A stretch of 26,458 nucleotides of DNA. It comes from a virus. Taxonomy: Duplodnaviria > Caudoviricetes. Where the stretch lies: positions 1-26,458 of the IMG/VR virus record IMGVR_UViG_3300031511_000041. One strand, 5' to 3'. Positions within the stretch are counted from its first letter, which is position 1. The number at the start of each line of letters is the position of its first letter. The notes under the pieces are model-generated. The model was given only the letters and a program-made list of their open reading frames with translations, did no database searches and had not been told where the DNA came from. Both the position numbers and the translations under genes were made by a program. Of this stretch, positions 1-9,610 are shown in pieces.

Positions 1-2172
1 ATGAAAAACTTTGGGCCTTATATCGAACCTATGGTTTTGACATTTACCAAGGACACATTAACTCTTATAACTGGAAAAAATGGAATTGGCAAAACTATGA
101 GTCTAGATTCAATTCCATTTACATTCTTTGGTATGACATCAAAGAAAGCAAAAGGTGATGATGTAGTTAATAATGTTGTCGGTAAAAATTGTAAAACATG
201 GGTTAAGTTTGCAACAAATGGAGATCAGTATAAAGTAACACGTTATCAAAAATATACAAAATATGGTAATACAGTAATCTTAAATAGAAATGGAAAAGAT
301 ATTAAAAAAGGTCACAAGGAAGTAGTTCCAGAAATTGAAAAATTAATATGTCCCCAAAAATCATTTATGAATACTTTAATGTTTGGTCAAAAGATAAAAG
401 ATTTCTTTACAGATTTAGTTGATTCAGATAAAAAAGAAATTTTCAGATTGATTTTAGGACTAGAAAAATATATAGTATATTATTCAAAAGTCAGTGAAGA
501 AGTTAAGATTTTTAAAGATGCAAAGTTGGATATAGAAACAGAAATTAAAGTTCAAAAAGGAATACTTGCGAACGTTATATCAGATATTGAACGATATAAC
601 AGTGACGTAAAAAATTTTAATATACAAAAAGAATCTGATTTAGAAGAACTTGATAGATCAGTTACAAATACACAAAGACTTTTGAATAAATGGAATGCTG
701 ATCTAGAAAGTGAAGAATCTAAAAAGTTTAGAACTATGGAAGACATTTTGTCTGAATTAAATAAAACTCAAAACGAAATAGACTCTATTGATAAAGATAT
801 AAACACAAAATTAAAAGAATTAGATGCACAAAGAAGTGCTAAAGTTTCTGAGTTAAATGATGAAGCAAATACACGAAAAAATCAAATAACAAATACCACA
901 ATAGAGAAAACAGATGAAATACAAATACAAAAAGATAACATTACTGAACAGATAAATAACTGCAAAACAAAATATCAAAATAAAGATCACGAGATAGTTT
1001 TACAAATAAACCATTTACATTCACAAGTTGAAAAGTTTTCAGAAAGAGTTGATGAAATAAAATTTAACGTTTTAGAATCTGATATTGCTGAATGTCCAAC
1101 TTGTGAGCAAAGTGTTGATGAATCTATCAAAGAGACTTTATCTAATAAATGTAATACTTATAACGCTGAAATTGAAAAATATAATCAAGAAAAAGAAGAG
1201 CTACAAATTAGAAAAAACAATTTCAGTATTACTTATAAGGAAGAGTTAGATGCTTTAAATAAAACACTTTCAGTTATTAAAGAAGAACTTACTAATACTA
1301 TAAATGAAAGTGAGCAAAGAAAACAAGAAATTGATACCAAACTTTCTGAATTAGTTCGACAAGTCGAAAGTGTCGTCTATGATAAAAAAGGAGAAATAGA
1401 ACAAGAGGGAGAAATATTAAAAGCTGATTTAGAACAAAGAAAATCCCAAATTATTACTGAAAAAGATAACAAAGAAACATCCAATGACTTTATCAATACT
1501 GTTAAGCAGACTATACAATCATTGGAGGGAGATTTAAAAGCTCTTGAAAATCAAATTAAAAATAAGAATGAAGATGAGTATGATAGAAACGGAACACAGT
1601 TAGCAAGATACCAAAATATAAAAGGTTCATGTGAAAAGACTATATTAGATAACCAAGAACAATTAGGCATAATAGATAAAAAATTAGCAGTATATGAATT
1701 TTGGAAAACAGCATTTTCTTCAACTGGAATACCGTCAATGCTTATTGATGATTCAATCCCATTTATGAATAAGAAAATAGCAGAGTATTTAGATTTTCTT
1801 ACTAATGGTAGATACATTGTTTCTTTTGATACTCAAGACACAACTAAAGCAGGAGAGTTCAGAGATAAAATTGCTGTTCATGTTCTTGATATAGAAACAA
1901 AAGCAAACTCAAGAGTTCAGCTATCAGGCGGTCAAACTAGAATAGTTGACATTGCTACAATTTTAACTCTTGGAGATCTTCAATCAAATATTCAAAATGT
2001 TAAATTTAATTTTTTAATATTCGATGAAATATTTGATGCATTAGATTATGAAAATGCAACTTATGTATCAAAAGTATTAAATAAATTTAAACTTGGAAAA
2101 TCTATCTATGTTATATCGCATCAGATTCAAGATCAATTAGAAGCTGATGAACATTTACAATTCGGAGCATAA
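1..2172 (+). CDS. sbcC: SbcC/Rad50/T4 gp46-like SMC-family ATPase (recombination nuclease subunit); possibly missing a few N-terminal residues at the window edge
   Basis: Walker A GKNGIGKT, long coiled coil with central zinc hook CPTC, signature LSGGQ, Walker B/D-loop LIFDEIFDALD, H-loop ISH. The KNF motif normally follows a first beta-strand, so the true start may lie upstream. Confidence 0.92.
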   Translation: MKNFGPYIEPMVLTFTKDTLTLITGKNGIGKTMSLDSIPFTFFGMTSKKAKGDDVVNNVVGKNCKTWVKFATNGDQYKVTRYQKYTKYGNTVILNRNGKDIKKGHKEVVPEIEKLICPQKSFMNTLMFGQKIKDFFTDLVDSDKKEIFRLILGLEKYIVYYSKVSEEVKIFKDAKLDIETEIKVQKGILANVISDIERYNSDVKNFNIQKESDLEELDRSVTNTQRLLNKWNADLESEESKKFRTMEDILSELNKTQNEIDSIDKDINTKLKELDAQRSAKVSELNDEANTRKNQITNTTIEKTDEIQIQKDNITEQINNCKTKYQNKDHEIVLQINHLHSQVEKFSERVDEIKFNVLESDIAECPTCEQSVDESIKETLSNKCNTYNAEIEKYNQEKEELQIRKNNFSITYKEELDALNKTLSVIKEELTNTINESEQRKQEIDTKLSELVRQVESVVYDKKGEIEQEGEILKADLEQRKSQIITEKDNKETSNDFINTVKQTIQSLEGDLKALENQIKNKNEDEYDRNGTQLARYQNIKGSCEKTILDNQEQLGIIDKKLAVYEFWKTAFSSTGIPSMLIDDSIPFMNKKIAEYLDFLTNGRYIVSFDTQDTTKAGEFRDKIAVHVLDIETKANSRVQLSGGQTRIVDIATILTLGDLQSNIQNVKFNFLIFDEIFDALDYENATYVSKVLNKFKLGKSIYVISHQIQDQLEADEHLQFGA

Positions 2173-2173
2173 A

Positions 2174-2572
2174 ATGAAAATAAAGGTAGGTTTTATAACA
2201 AATAGTTCTTCATGCACATTTATTATATTAGATATTTATAAAAATAGAAACCTTAAAGAAATGTTAAAAAAATATGATGAAGAATTTTCTGAGTTTGATC
2301 TAATATATAATTATAATTATTTTAATTCAGATGAAATTGAAGAAATTAAAACATTTAGTAATTATGGAGAAGAGCTTGATTGGATTCAAAAGGTTTCTGG
2401 ACCGGTTTACGGTAGATTTGGAAATAAATATATAGATATAATAAAGAGTGTAAAAGAAGGAAAAAATCTTCACTATATTACTGTAGATGAAGTTATGGAT
2501 CTTGAACAATTTGCTCAAGACACAGATGGATTAGAATTAGTATATTCAGGACATTGGGAGTATGATAAATGA
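2174..2572 (+). CDS. Hypothetical protein with N-terminal MKIKxGFITNSSS motif
   Basis: Start moved from 2147 to ATG 2174, which has GGAG at 2164-2167 and sits 1 nt after the sbcC stop. The N-terminus MKIKVGFITNSSSCTF matches a motif I recognise from uncharacterised phage proteins. Confidence 0.75.
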   Translation: MKIKVGFITNSSSCTFIILDIYKNRNLKEMLKKYDEEFSEFDLIYNYNYFNSDEIEEIKTFSNYGEELDWIQKVSGPVYGRFGNKYIDIIKSVKEGKNLHYITVDEVMDLEQFAQDTDGLELVYSGHWEYDK

Positions 2573-3624
2573 GTAAAATTCATATAGTAAATTGGTTGCT
2601 AACAAGGAAGTGTAATTTAGATTGCGATTATTGTGCTATAGTAAAAAATTATAGAAATAAACCAGAAGAATATCCTGATATGGCTCATTACTATAAAAAC
2701 GAAATGTCAACTAACTATGTTAAAAGTGTTCTTATGAAGTTTAAACAACATAATCCAGAAGCATTTCATATATTTTATGGTGGAGAGCCATTATTACGAA
2801 AAGGACTTTCAGAAATAATAAATTATTGCAATGACTTTAATATTTACTATACAATAATCAGTAATAACACGCCACAAATACAACCATTAATAGAAAAACT
2901 ATTTAGAGAAACAGAATATATTCAAGGGTTTACAAGTTCTGTTGATCCGGTTATAAGCTCAAATTTAAAAGGTGATAGATTCAAAAAAAGTGTTGAAGGC
3001 TTTAATCAACTCATTGAAATAAAAAGGCAGGGTTTAGTTAAAGATGTTGTTGCTGAAATAACTGTTATGAAAAATAATCTTAATAATCTAGTTGATCTTA
3101 TAACAGTTTTAAGTGATAACGGAATAAATAGCGATATTACTTTTATTGATACAGCTAAAAGTTCATATTATGATTTTTCAAATATAACAGATAAAAATCT
3201 TTTAGTTACAAAAGAAGAAGCAAAACCAGTGATAGATAAACTTCTAAATAGTAGTTTAAATATTCACATGAAAGAAAAACTATTGCCGATGATCTATGAA
3301 TCATTACCGTCAGATATGGATTGTGGGATTCAAAAACGATTACATAATGTAGCCATTGATGCTGATGGTTCTGTTAGATTATGTTTGCGAATACGTGGAG
3401 TTTATACGCCAAACCATATATATGCACATAAACTATTTGCAAAAGATGATATAACTAAAGTATCTCCATTTGCTGAAGTAGCAATTGCAAAAGATAAAAA
3501 AGATTACTGTAAGTTATGTAATCATACGTGCTATTTAATGAGTCAAATTATTGATGATAAACAGTCACAATCATTTGATTTAGTTCATAAAAATATTAGA
3601 GGAGGAATTATAGATGGCAGCTGA
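2569..3624 (+). CDS. Radical SAM protein with C-terminal Cys-containing (SPASM/twitch-like) extension
   Basis: CxxxCxxC motif CNLDCDYC, GGEPLL motif, C-terminal C...IDADGSVRLC...CKLCNHTC. ATGA overlap with the upstream gene. Confidence 0.9.
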   Translation: MSKIHIVNWLLTRKCNLDCDYCAIVKNYRNKPEEYPDMAHYYKNEMSTNYVKSVLMKFKQHNPEAFHIFYGGEPLLRKGLSEIINYCNDFNIYYTIISNNTPQIQPLIEKLFRETEYIQGFTSSVDPVISSNLKGDRFKKSVEGFNQLIEIKRQGLVKDVVAEITVMKNNLNNLVDLITVLSDNGINSDITFIDTAKSSYYDFSNITDKNLLVTKEEAKPVIDKLLNSSLNIHMKEKLLPMIYESLPSDMDCGIQKRLHNVAIDADGSVRLCLRIRGVYTPNHIYAHKLFAKDDITKVSPFAEVAIAKDKKDYCKLCNHTCYLMSQIIDDKQSQSFDLVHKNIRGGIIDGS

Positions 3625-3946
3625 TGAAGATATTATTTCGAGCGCAATTGATTTTTGGAATAAGCTCTATGGTGCCAAAGAAGCAAAAATTCGATTTACA
3701 AAAAAGAGTGATGGAACAATAAGGACTATGAGAGCAACTTTAGACTTCGCTCAAATCCCAAAAAACAAAGTTCCAAAAAAAGTTAATATGTCAAAAATAT
3801 TAACTCTCCTTCAAAAGAGTGGAATTATTAATGTTTATGATCTTGATAAAAAAGATTGGAGATCAATTCCATTTCAAAATGTAGATTGGGTTGAGATTGG
3901 CAAAAGGCATTATATTATTAGACCTTATACAGGAAGGAAAACTTAA
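3614..3946 (+). CDS. WYL_2/DUF2693-like Sm/SH3 beta-barrel protein
   Basis: F-T-K-K-x-D-G-T-I-R-x-M-x-A-T-L and VYDLDKKDWRS motifs. SD GGAGG at 3601-3605. Confidence 0.7.
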   Translation: MAADEDIISSAIDFWNKLYGAKEAKIRFTKKSDGTIRTMRATLDFAQIPKNKVPKKVNMSKILTLLQKSGIINVYDLDKKDWRSIPFQNVDWVEIGKRHYIIRPYTGRKT

Positions 3947-4341
3947 TGAGTTCAATTCTTGATAAAATGATAGAACAATTGAAAACAAATAATCTAACTG
4001 AACAAGTTAGAAGTTTATGTGATAAAATTTATGAAGAAGAAAAAGATAAACAAATTTATAGAAAACTTCTTCCAAAAGGAGCAACAAAATTCTTAGAACT
4101 ACAAGTTCCAGGAAGAAATGAACGAGAAGTTGGTTTTTTAGCTCTAGAGCGAGAAGATGAAAATAAATATATAATTGTATATTCTACTATCTCAAAGACA
4201 GTTGCAGAAGAAAGTTTAAATTCAATAGTAACTACAGGAATATCTCCAAAGCGAATAAAAGTGTGGGTAGTTGTTGATACTAACCCAACAAAAATTTTAA
4301 CCAATTATGCACAAAAAGTGAAACTACTAAGAGGTGAATAG
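3946..4341 (+). CDS. Hypothetical protein
   Basis: 131-aa ORF coupled by a TAATG overlap upstream and a TAGTG overlap downstream. No recognisable motif. Confidence 0.75.
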   Translation: MSSILDKMIEQLKTNNLTEQVRSLCDKIYEEEKDKQIYRKLLPKGATKFLELQVPGRNEREVGFLALEREDENKYIIVYSTISKTVAEESLNSIVTTGISPKRIKVWVVVDTNPTKILTNYAQKVKLLRGE

Positions 4342-6881
4342 TGGCAAACAATAATCTTTTTGAAGAAATTGTAATAAATCCAACCTACTCAAGACTTGTT
4401 TTATCTGAAGCAATGAAAAAAGATTTTAAAACAACAGAACCGAAAGCAGAGAAAAAAGTATTTCTTACTAATGATTTCGTAAATCGAATAACAGACTCTC
4501 TAAGTTCTTCAAATCAAGTTCTTCCACCAAACTGTAGATACACAGAAAGAGTTGGAAGATATACTATTGTTCTTATTGAAGAACCGCCTTCATTTAGAAC
4601 TATATCATTGGAACATTGTGATACTTCATATTATAAAGAAAATTTAAGAAAAAAAGGTGTTTTAGAAGCATATGGGTATAAAAACTTTAATAGGTCAGCT
4701 AATGCTAAATTTAATTTGGCGTTTCCATATGTTATTTACTTATTTATAATTCAAGATGGATTTAATTTTGTTGGAGGAAATGTTTTCTTTAGAACAGCTC
4801 AGTTATCAGGTTTATCTGATCTTCTTTTTAAATCTCCATTAACGAATATTAATAGTGACCAAGAAGTTTGTTTTGGCGGGGGAATAAGAGGATCATATCA
4901 ATCTTTATATGCCACCGTTCAAAATACAATTTCTGTATGGTGGAATGCTGAATTTAATGATGATTATACAGCAAACTTTTCAAAATATAGGAAAGTGCCC
5001 ATTATTAATAATTATTTGGAATGGGAATACATGTCCAAAAATGATCCAATGTTTATCTTTAGCGTTGATTGGATTCCTTATGAGAAAAATATTTATAAAT
5101 CTATCCAAGAATTAAAATCGAGATACAGAATAAGTTCTGACCAAGGTCTGACTTATCAAAATATGGTCAGTATATTTTCAAGGCCATCTAGTTCTGGAAT
5201 TTCAGAAAAAGTTTCCCCTAGATCAAAAACAACCCAAACTTTATATTATGATATAGCTCAAACTGTATATTTAACAGATGAGATAATTCTGAATGTTGGA
5301 GATCCAGTTGTTTTAAATGATGGAAAAGTTGGTTATATATATTCGTTTGTGGGTTTTGTAAATGGTGGGGATATCAAATATGTTCAAATAGAATGCGATG
5401 GAAGATTTTATACATTAAAATATAATTTTGCATTTAAAAAATTCATAGCAGATCAAATACAAAAATACAGATATAAACAGGAAATAACATTAGAAAATGG
5501 AGAAGTTATAAAACCTAATGATATTATTGAGATAGACATTAATGGTACAAAAGCATATAAACATGTAGACTATATTAGAATCTGTAGAAGAGGTGGAGAA
5601 AAAGAACAATATGAAATTAAAGCTGATGGTTTGTTTTATTTTGCAGATAAATTAAATGCTACTGTTCTAAATGTTAAGAATCCAGAAATATTTGGAATAA
5701 AATTGTCTAAGGATAAAAAGTATCTATATCTTAGACGAGGTACTAAGAATGGAGCAATTATAGGTATTAGTCTAGTTAAATATAAGAAAATTTCTCTATC
5801 CAGTAATAATCTATATGCAACATTTGAAACATTAGATAAAAGAGTTGGAACATATGAAGAACGTTGTATATTATCAAAGACATATACTGTACCACCAATT
5901 ATTGATGTTGATGAAGTGAGACCTATAGACTCCATTTTTAGAGTTGGAAGAAAAATATATTCTATTACTATAGGTGGAGAACATAAAACAGGTCTTGCTT
6001 GGTCACATAGAGGAAATATATATTATGAAAATTATTATACTTTATCACCTGCTCCATTTGCTTCTATTGAACAACTTATAAAAGATGATGTATTTTCAAT
6101 TGACGGTCCTGATTTTAAAACAGAATTTAAAGTTGGAGATAACGTAATCGTAGCAAACTGGTCAAATCCTATTGATGTTCTTAATGTCAAAACATTAATT
6201 GGATTTAAGATCGATTCATCTCAAAAAACTCTTTCTTTTGTTCTTCAAAGTAAAGATGGAACAGTGAGTGAAGAAGTATATATCGACCACAAATATTCAC
6301 AAATAAAAACTGGCTATATAAGACGAGTGGTTACTAAATTTGAAAATCTGGAAGTTGGTACAAAAATTATTGCAAAGAAAACTGGGATTGCATGCTTTCC
6401 AAAGAAAGATGTAAATATTGTTGTAGCAATTATTGCTGATAGCCCAAATGAACCATTAGTATTATGTTCAAACGGATGCACATTATGGTATAGCACAATT
6501 ATGAAAAACTTTGAACAGATACCACTAAAATCTAAAAAGTGGGAAACAATGAATCATGTCCCTCTTGATGTTAATAAGATTAAATTTCAATCTGGCGATA
6601 TTATAAACGGCAGAAGTGATTACAATCAACATTGTGGTTATATAATTTTTGATCCAGCACCTACAAGATTTTTAAAATGCGCTATGCTGGATTTATATGG
6701 TACTGGTCAAGAATTTCTAACATTTGATAACTATTTTATGGCAGATGCGATGTTCGATTGTATTCCATTACCAAGAATTTCTGCAGCTAAACAAGCTAAA
6801 ATGGAAACTATAAATGGTTTTTATGATTTTCATGGTGGAGTAATAGAAAATCCAGAAAGCTGGTTAACTTTTTTAAAATAA
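4341..6881 (+). CDS. Large multidomain protein with N-terminal prokaryotic E2 family D-like (PRTRC protein B-like) domain and C-terminal SH3/KOW-like repeats
   Basis: LAFPYVIY...LFKSPLTNINSDQEVCFG...WWNAEFNDD resembles the Prok-E2_D pattern P-x-x-N-[IV]-x5-[VI]-C-x-G followed by FWxSxF. Candidate catalytic Cys177. GTG start with GAGGTG SD. Lies next to JAB, E1 and Ubl genes. Confidence 0.72.
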   Translation: MANNNLFEEIVINPTYSRLVLSEAMKKDFKTTEPKAEKKVFLTNDFVNRITDSLSSSNQVLPPNCRYTERVGRYTIVLIEEPPSFRTISLEHCDTSYYKENLRKKGVLEAYGYKNFNRSANAKFNLAFPYVIYLFIIQDGFNFVGGNVFFRTAQLSGLSDLLFKSPLTNINSDQEVCFGGGIRGSYQSLYATVQNTISVWWNAEFNDDYTANFSKYRKVPIINNYLEWEYMSKNDPMFIFSVDWIPYEKNIYKSIQELKSRYRISSDQGLTYQNMVSIFSRPSSSGISEKVSPRSKTTQTLYYDIAQTVYLTDEIILNVGDPVVLNDGKVGYIYSFVGFVNGGDIKYVQIECDGRFYTLKYNFAFKKFIADQIQKYRYKQEITLENGEVIKPNDIIEIDINGTKAYKHVDYIRICRRGGEKEQYEIKADGLFYFADKLNATVLNVKNPEIFGIKLSKDKKYLYLRRGTKNGAIIGISLVKYKKISLSSNNLYATFETLDKRVGTYEERCILSKTYTVPPIIDVDEVRPIDSIFRVGRKIYSITIGGEHKTGLAWSHRGNIYYENYYTLSPAPFASIEQLIKDDVFSIDGPDFKTEFKVGDNVIVANWSNPIDVLNVKTLIGFKIDSSQKTLSFVLQSKDGTVSEEVYIDHKYSQIKTGYIRRVVTKFENLEVGTKIIAKKTGIACFPKKDVNIVVAIIADSPNEPLVLCSNGCTLWYSTIMKNFEQIPLKSKKWETMNHVPLDVNKIKFQSGDIINGRSDYNQHCGYIIFDPAPTRFLKCAMLDLYGTGQEFLTFDNYFMADAMFDCIPLPRISAAKQAKMETINGFYDFHGGVIENPESWLTFLK

Positions 6882-6892
6882 GGAGGATTTAA

Positions 6893-8392
6893 TTGTTTAA
6901 TATATATGTGAATGACAAAAAAGATGTATTGCCGGAAGATGATATATGTTATATTGTAGCTAAAGAGGGAATATATCTTAAAAAGAAAATTGGAATAATG
7001 GAGAGTATTGCTCCAGTTGATAAAATATCAACTCTAGAAAGTATTACATCGTCAGCAAAAATGCATATCAAAAAAATACCATCTACTTCATTTGCTAAAA
7101 TAGTAGACTTTTTTAAAGAAGTTCATAAAGCATATTATAGTGAAGCTATTGTTCTACTATTTTACCAAGAAGACACACAAAAATATAGAGTTGTTCCTCC
7201 GCATCAAAAAGTATCAGCTGGAAGTGTTGATTATGATCGCATAACTCTTGATGGGTGGAATCTTATTGGAACCATTCATAGTCATGGATCAATGTCAGCT
7301 TTTCATTCTGGAATTGATGATACTGATGAAAATACTTTTGATGGATTACATATTACAATAGGAAACGTAAATAGTGCCGCTAATGATTTTAGCATTTCAG
7401 CATCAATTGTTGCAAATGGTTTTCGTGTTATAGTTGAACCAGAAGAATATATTGATGGTATAAAGAAAACTGTTGATATTGATAAGCAAGAACCATTTTA
7501 TTATTCACGTTCATATAAATACGTTCAAGGACAAGGATTAGTTATTGATGACAAGAAAAGTAAAAAATCTTTTCGTGGAATATTTGATAAACGATATGTT
7601 AGCATCGCAGCACCAAGTAAAAGTATATCTAACCCAAATTGGATGAAAGTTGTTGAGAAAGGCGGGTACCAATGGAATCGCGGAAGAACTAATTTTAATA
7701 CCACGAATAGATTTGGTTTTGATAGATATGCTGGCGGTTTTGGTGGAAACGGTTGGGGTGGTCATTATGATCCGCATGCTTGGAGCCAACGTAATCCTAA
7801 TGCTCTTGAACATCAAGTAAAAAATCAAGTAATTATTGATAATACAAATATTGATAATGATGACTCAATACCATGTATGACATGTAAATATCGAAATGAA
7901 AAACTATTAGCTGAAGAAACATGCGATCTTGATGAACCAATCTATCAATGTACAAAATGTGATACTTTACTTAAAGAAGATGACCTAACTGAAGAGATGT
8001 GTTGTCCAGAATGTAAAACTGGAAATCATCTAATTCTAATTGATGATAATGATTTAGATGATAAATATATAAAAGACATCTCTTCTGTTAATCATGTGAG
8101 TGGTTTTTATACATGTCCTAATTGTAAAGTGAGTTATATGCGTGATGAATCTGTTATTGAATGTCCTTATTGTAAATTTAATGCTGATGAATGTGACAAA
8201 GAAAGTGAAACAGAAACACAAATGTCAACTGATTCTGGACAATATCTTGGTGATATGAATGATAATGTACATGAAACTGTTATAGAACAGGCACAAGGTA
8301 CAAAAATTCCTGACCCAAAACAACAAACCCTTCCACTACAATCTAAAGATGGAAGCTTAATGTCAATGTTCAAAAGAGTATTCAAAAAATGA
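6893..8392 (+). CDS. JAB/MPN+ metallopeptidase (PRTRC protein A-like) with Gly-rich linker and C-terminal zinc ribbons
   Basis: Catalytic E in YSEAIV, then PHQKVSAGSVDY, JAMM motif IHSHGSMSAFHSGIDDTDE and GLHITIG. Five CxxC motifs in the tail. TTG start with AGGAGG at 6881-6886. Confidence 0.88.
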   Translation: MFNIYVNDKKDVLPEDDICYIVAKEGIYLKKKIGIMESIAPVDKISTLESITSSAKMHIKKIPSTSFAKIVDFFKEVHKAYYSEAIVLLFYQEDTQKYRVVPPHQKVSAGSVDYDRITLDGWNLIGTIHSHGSMSAFHSGIDDTDENTFDGLHITIGNVNSAANDFSISASIVANGFRVIVEPEEYIDGIKKTVDIDKQEPFYYSRSYKYVQGQGLVIDDKKSKKSFRGIFDKRYVSIAAPSKSISNPNWMKVVEKGGYQWNRGRTNFNTTNRFGFDRYAGGFGGNGWGGHYDPHAWSQRNPNALEHQVKNQVIIDNTNIDNDDSIPCMTCKYRNEKLLAEETCDLDEPIYQCTKCDTLLKEDDLTEEMCCPECKTGNHLILIDDNDLDDKYIKDISSVNHVSGFYTCPNCKVSYMRDESVIECPYCKFNADECDKESETETQMSTDSGQYLGDMNDNVHETVIEQAQGTKIPDPKQQTLPLQSKDGSLMSMFKRVFKK

Positions 8393-9072
8393 ATAAGATG
8401 AATATTGTAATAATTGGGTTGGGAGGCGTTGGCTCAAATTTAGCTGAACGTCTATGTAAATTTTTGAATTATTCAAAAGATATTGAAGCAAATATTCTAT
8501 TAGTAGATGGAGATCATTACGAACTAAAAAATTATGAAAGACAAGAGTTCAACTCCATTGGTAATAAAGCTGAAGTAAAAGCTATAGAGCTAGAGATGAA
8601 ATTCTCAAATATTTCATTTAATACATCCACTTCATATATAAATGAAACGAATGTAGCAGAATCTATTAAAGAGGGTAATGTTATATTCATGTGCGTAGAT
8701 AATCATAAATCCAGAATGATAATAAATAATTATTGTAAAAATTTAAAAGATGTTACTTTAATTTCTGGGGGAAATGAATTAACGGATGGCAATGTACAAC
8801 TTTATGTCAGAAAAGGAGGGAAGAATATTACGCCAGACTTATGTACATATCATCCTGAAATTGCAAATCCTGAAGATAAATTACCTGACGAAATGTCATG
8901 CGAGGAACTAGCACAGTCCGCGCCACAATTGTACTTTACAAATGTAATGGTTGCAACCTATATGTGTTGTATGTTTTATAACTCAGTTATAAAACAGAAA
9001 AATGAGCGCTCTGAAGTTTATTTTGACATGTTATCAATGTCTTCAGATGCTAAAGTTCGAACAGTAAAATAG
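8389..9072 (+). CDS. ThiF/E1-like ubiquitin-like protein activating enzyme
   Basis: GLGGVG nucleotide-binding loop, DGD-x5-N-x2-RQ, NKAEV, CVDN-x3-R, GN, and SCEE...QLYFTN with candidate catalytic Cys171, as in PRTRC-type ThiF. Confidence 0.92.
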   Translation: MNKMNIVIIGLGGVGSNLAERLCKFLNYSKDIEANILLVDGDHYELKNYERQEFNSIGNKAEVKAIELEMKFSNISFNTSTSYINETNVAESIKEGNVIFMCVDNHKSRMIINNYCKNLKDVTLISGGNELTDGNVQLYVRKGGKNITPDLCTYHPEIANPEDKLPDEMSCEELAQSAPQLYFTNVMVATYMCCMFYNSVIKQKNERSEVYFDMLSMSSDAKVRTVK

Positions 9073-9115
9073 TGAACTCGAGTCACAAAAAACAAAACGA
9101 AAGGAATTTTTTATA

Positions 9116-9592
9116 ATGAGTAGAAAATTTACCAGAGAACAATTGGAAGCCAAAAGAGACAAAGAACTGAAACGTATGTGCGCAAATGAACTGGGTATGC
9201 CAGGTATGAGCAAGAAACGCAAGAATGAGGTTATTGAAGCCATCCTTGCAAAGTTTGGTGGAAGCGGAAGCGGAACAGCAAGTGTTACCAAAGCTGAAAA
9301 ACCAACTCCTTTGAGCGGTATTGAGTATACAGCTCGAGCTCATATGTCCAAACCAAACGCAGACTTTGGTTTCAAAACATCTACAACAGTTCAGGTATCT
9401 TGCGGTGCCAGTTCTGGAGCTTTTCCGGTTGCCGGCCGTACGGTTAAAGAAGTCGGTGAGTTCCTTCGGGAAGTTCTTAATGTGGACAAACTTTCAACAG
9501 GTCTTGTCAACGGTTCAGCTGCTAACGCAGATTATCAGCTAAAACCAGGTGATAAACTTGAATTCCTGAAACCTGCTGGCAGAAAGGGATAG
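9116..9592 (+). CDS. Ubiquitin-like (beta-grasp) protein with N-terminal Rho-N/HeH-like domain; C-terminus ...KPAGRKG
   Basis: N-terminal LEAKRDKELKRMCANELGMPGMSKKRKNEVIEAIL fits the Rho-N/HeH pattern. The C-terminal ~70 aa (TVKEV...LVNG...LKPGDKLEF) fits a ThiS/MoaD/Ub fold and ends in GxKG. SD AAGGA upstream. Confidence 0.85.
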   Translation: MSRKFTREQLEAKRDKELKRMCANELGMPGMSKKRKNEVIEAILAKFGGSGSGTASVTKAEKPTPLSGIEYTARAHMSKPNADFGFKTSTTVQVSCGASSGAFPVAGRTVKEVGEFLREVLNVDKLSTGLVNGSAANADYQLKPGDKLEFLKPAGRKG

Positions 9593-9610
9593 TTGTAGTA
9601 TTTAAATAAA

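Noticed and set aside
500-1700. Repetitive-looking GAA/AAA-rich DNA in the first gene
   Set aside because: Explained by the Glu/Lys/Gln-rich coiled coil of the SbcC-like protein. It is not a tandem repeat or CRISPR array.
2569-3624. Radical SAM as QueE partnering FolE2
   Set aside because: It is longer than QueE, has a C-terminal Cys cluster, lacks the QueE N-terminal F-x-[ST]-x-QGEG motif, and is 14 kb from folE2.
8389-9592. ThiF plus ThiS/MoaD as a thiamine or molybdopterin sulfur-relay pair
   Set aside because: No thiG, moaE or cysteine synthase is in the window, the E1 lacks the MoeB/ThiF CxxC zinc pairs, the Ubl ends GRKG rather than GG, and E2-like genes are adjacent. Disfavoured, not formally excluded.
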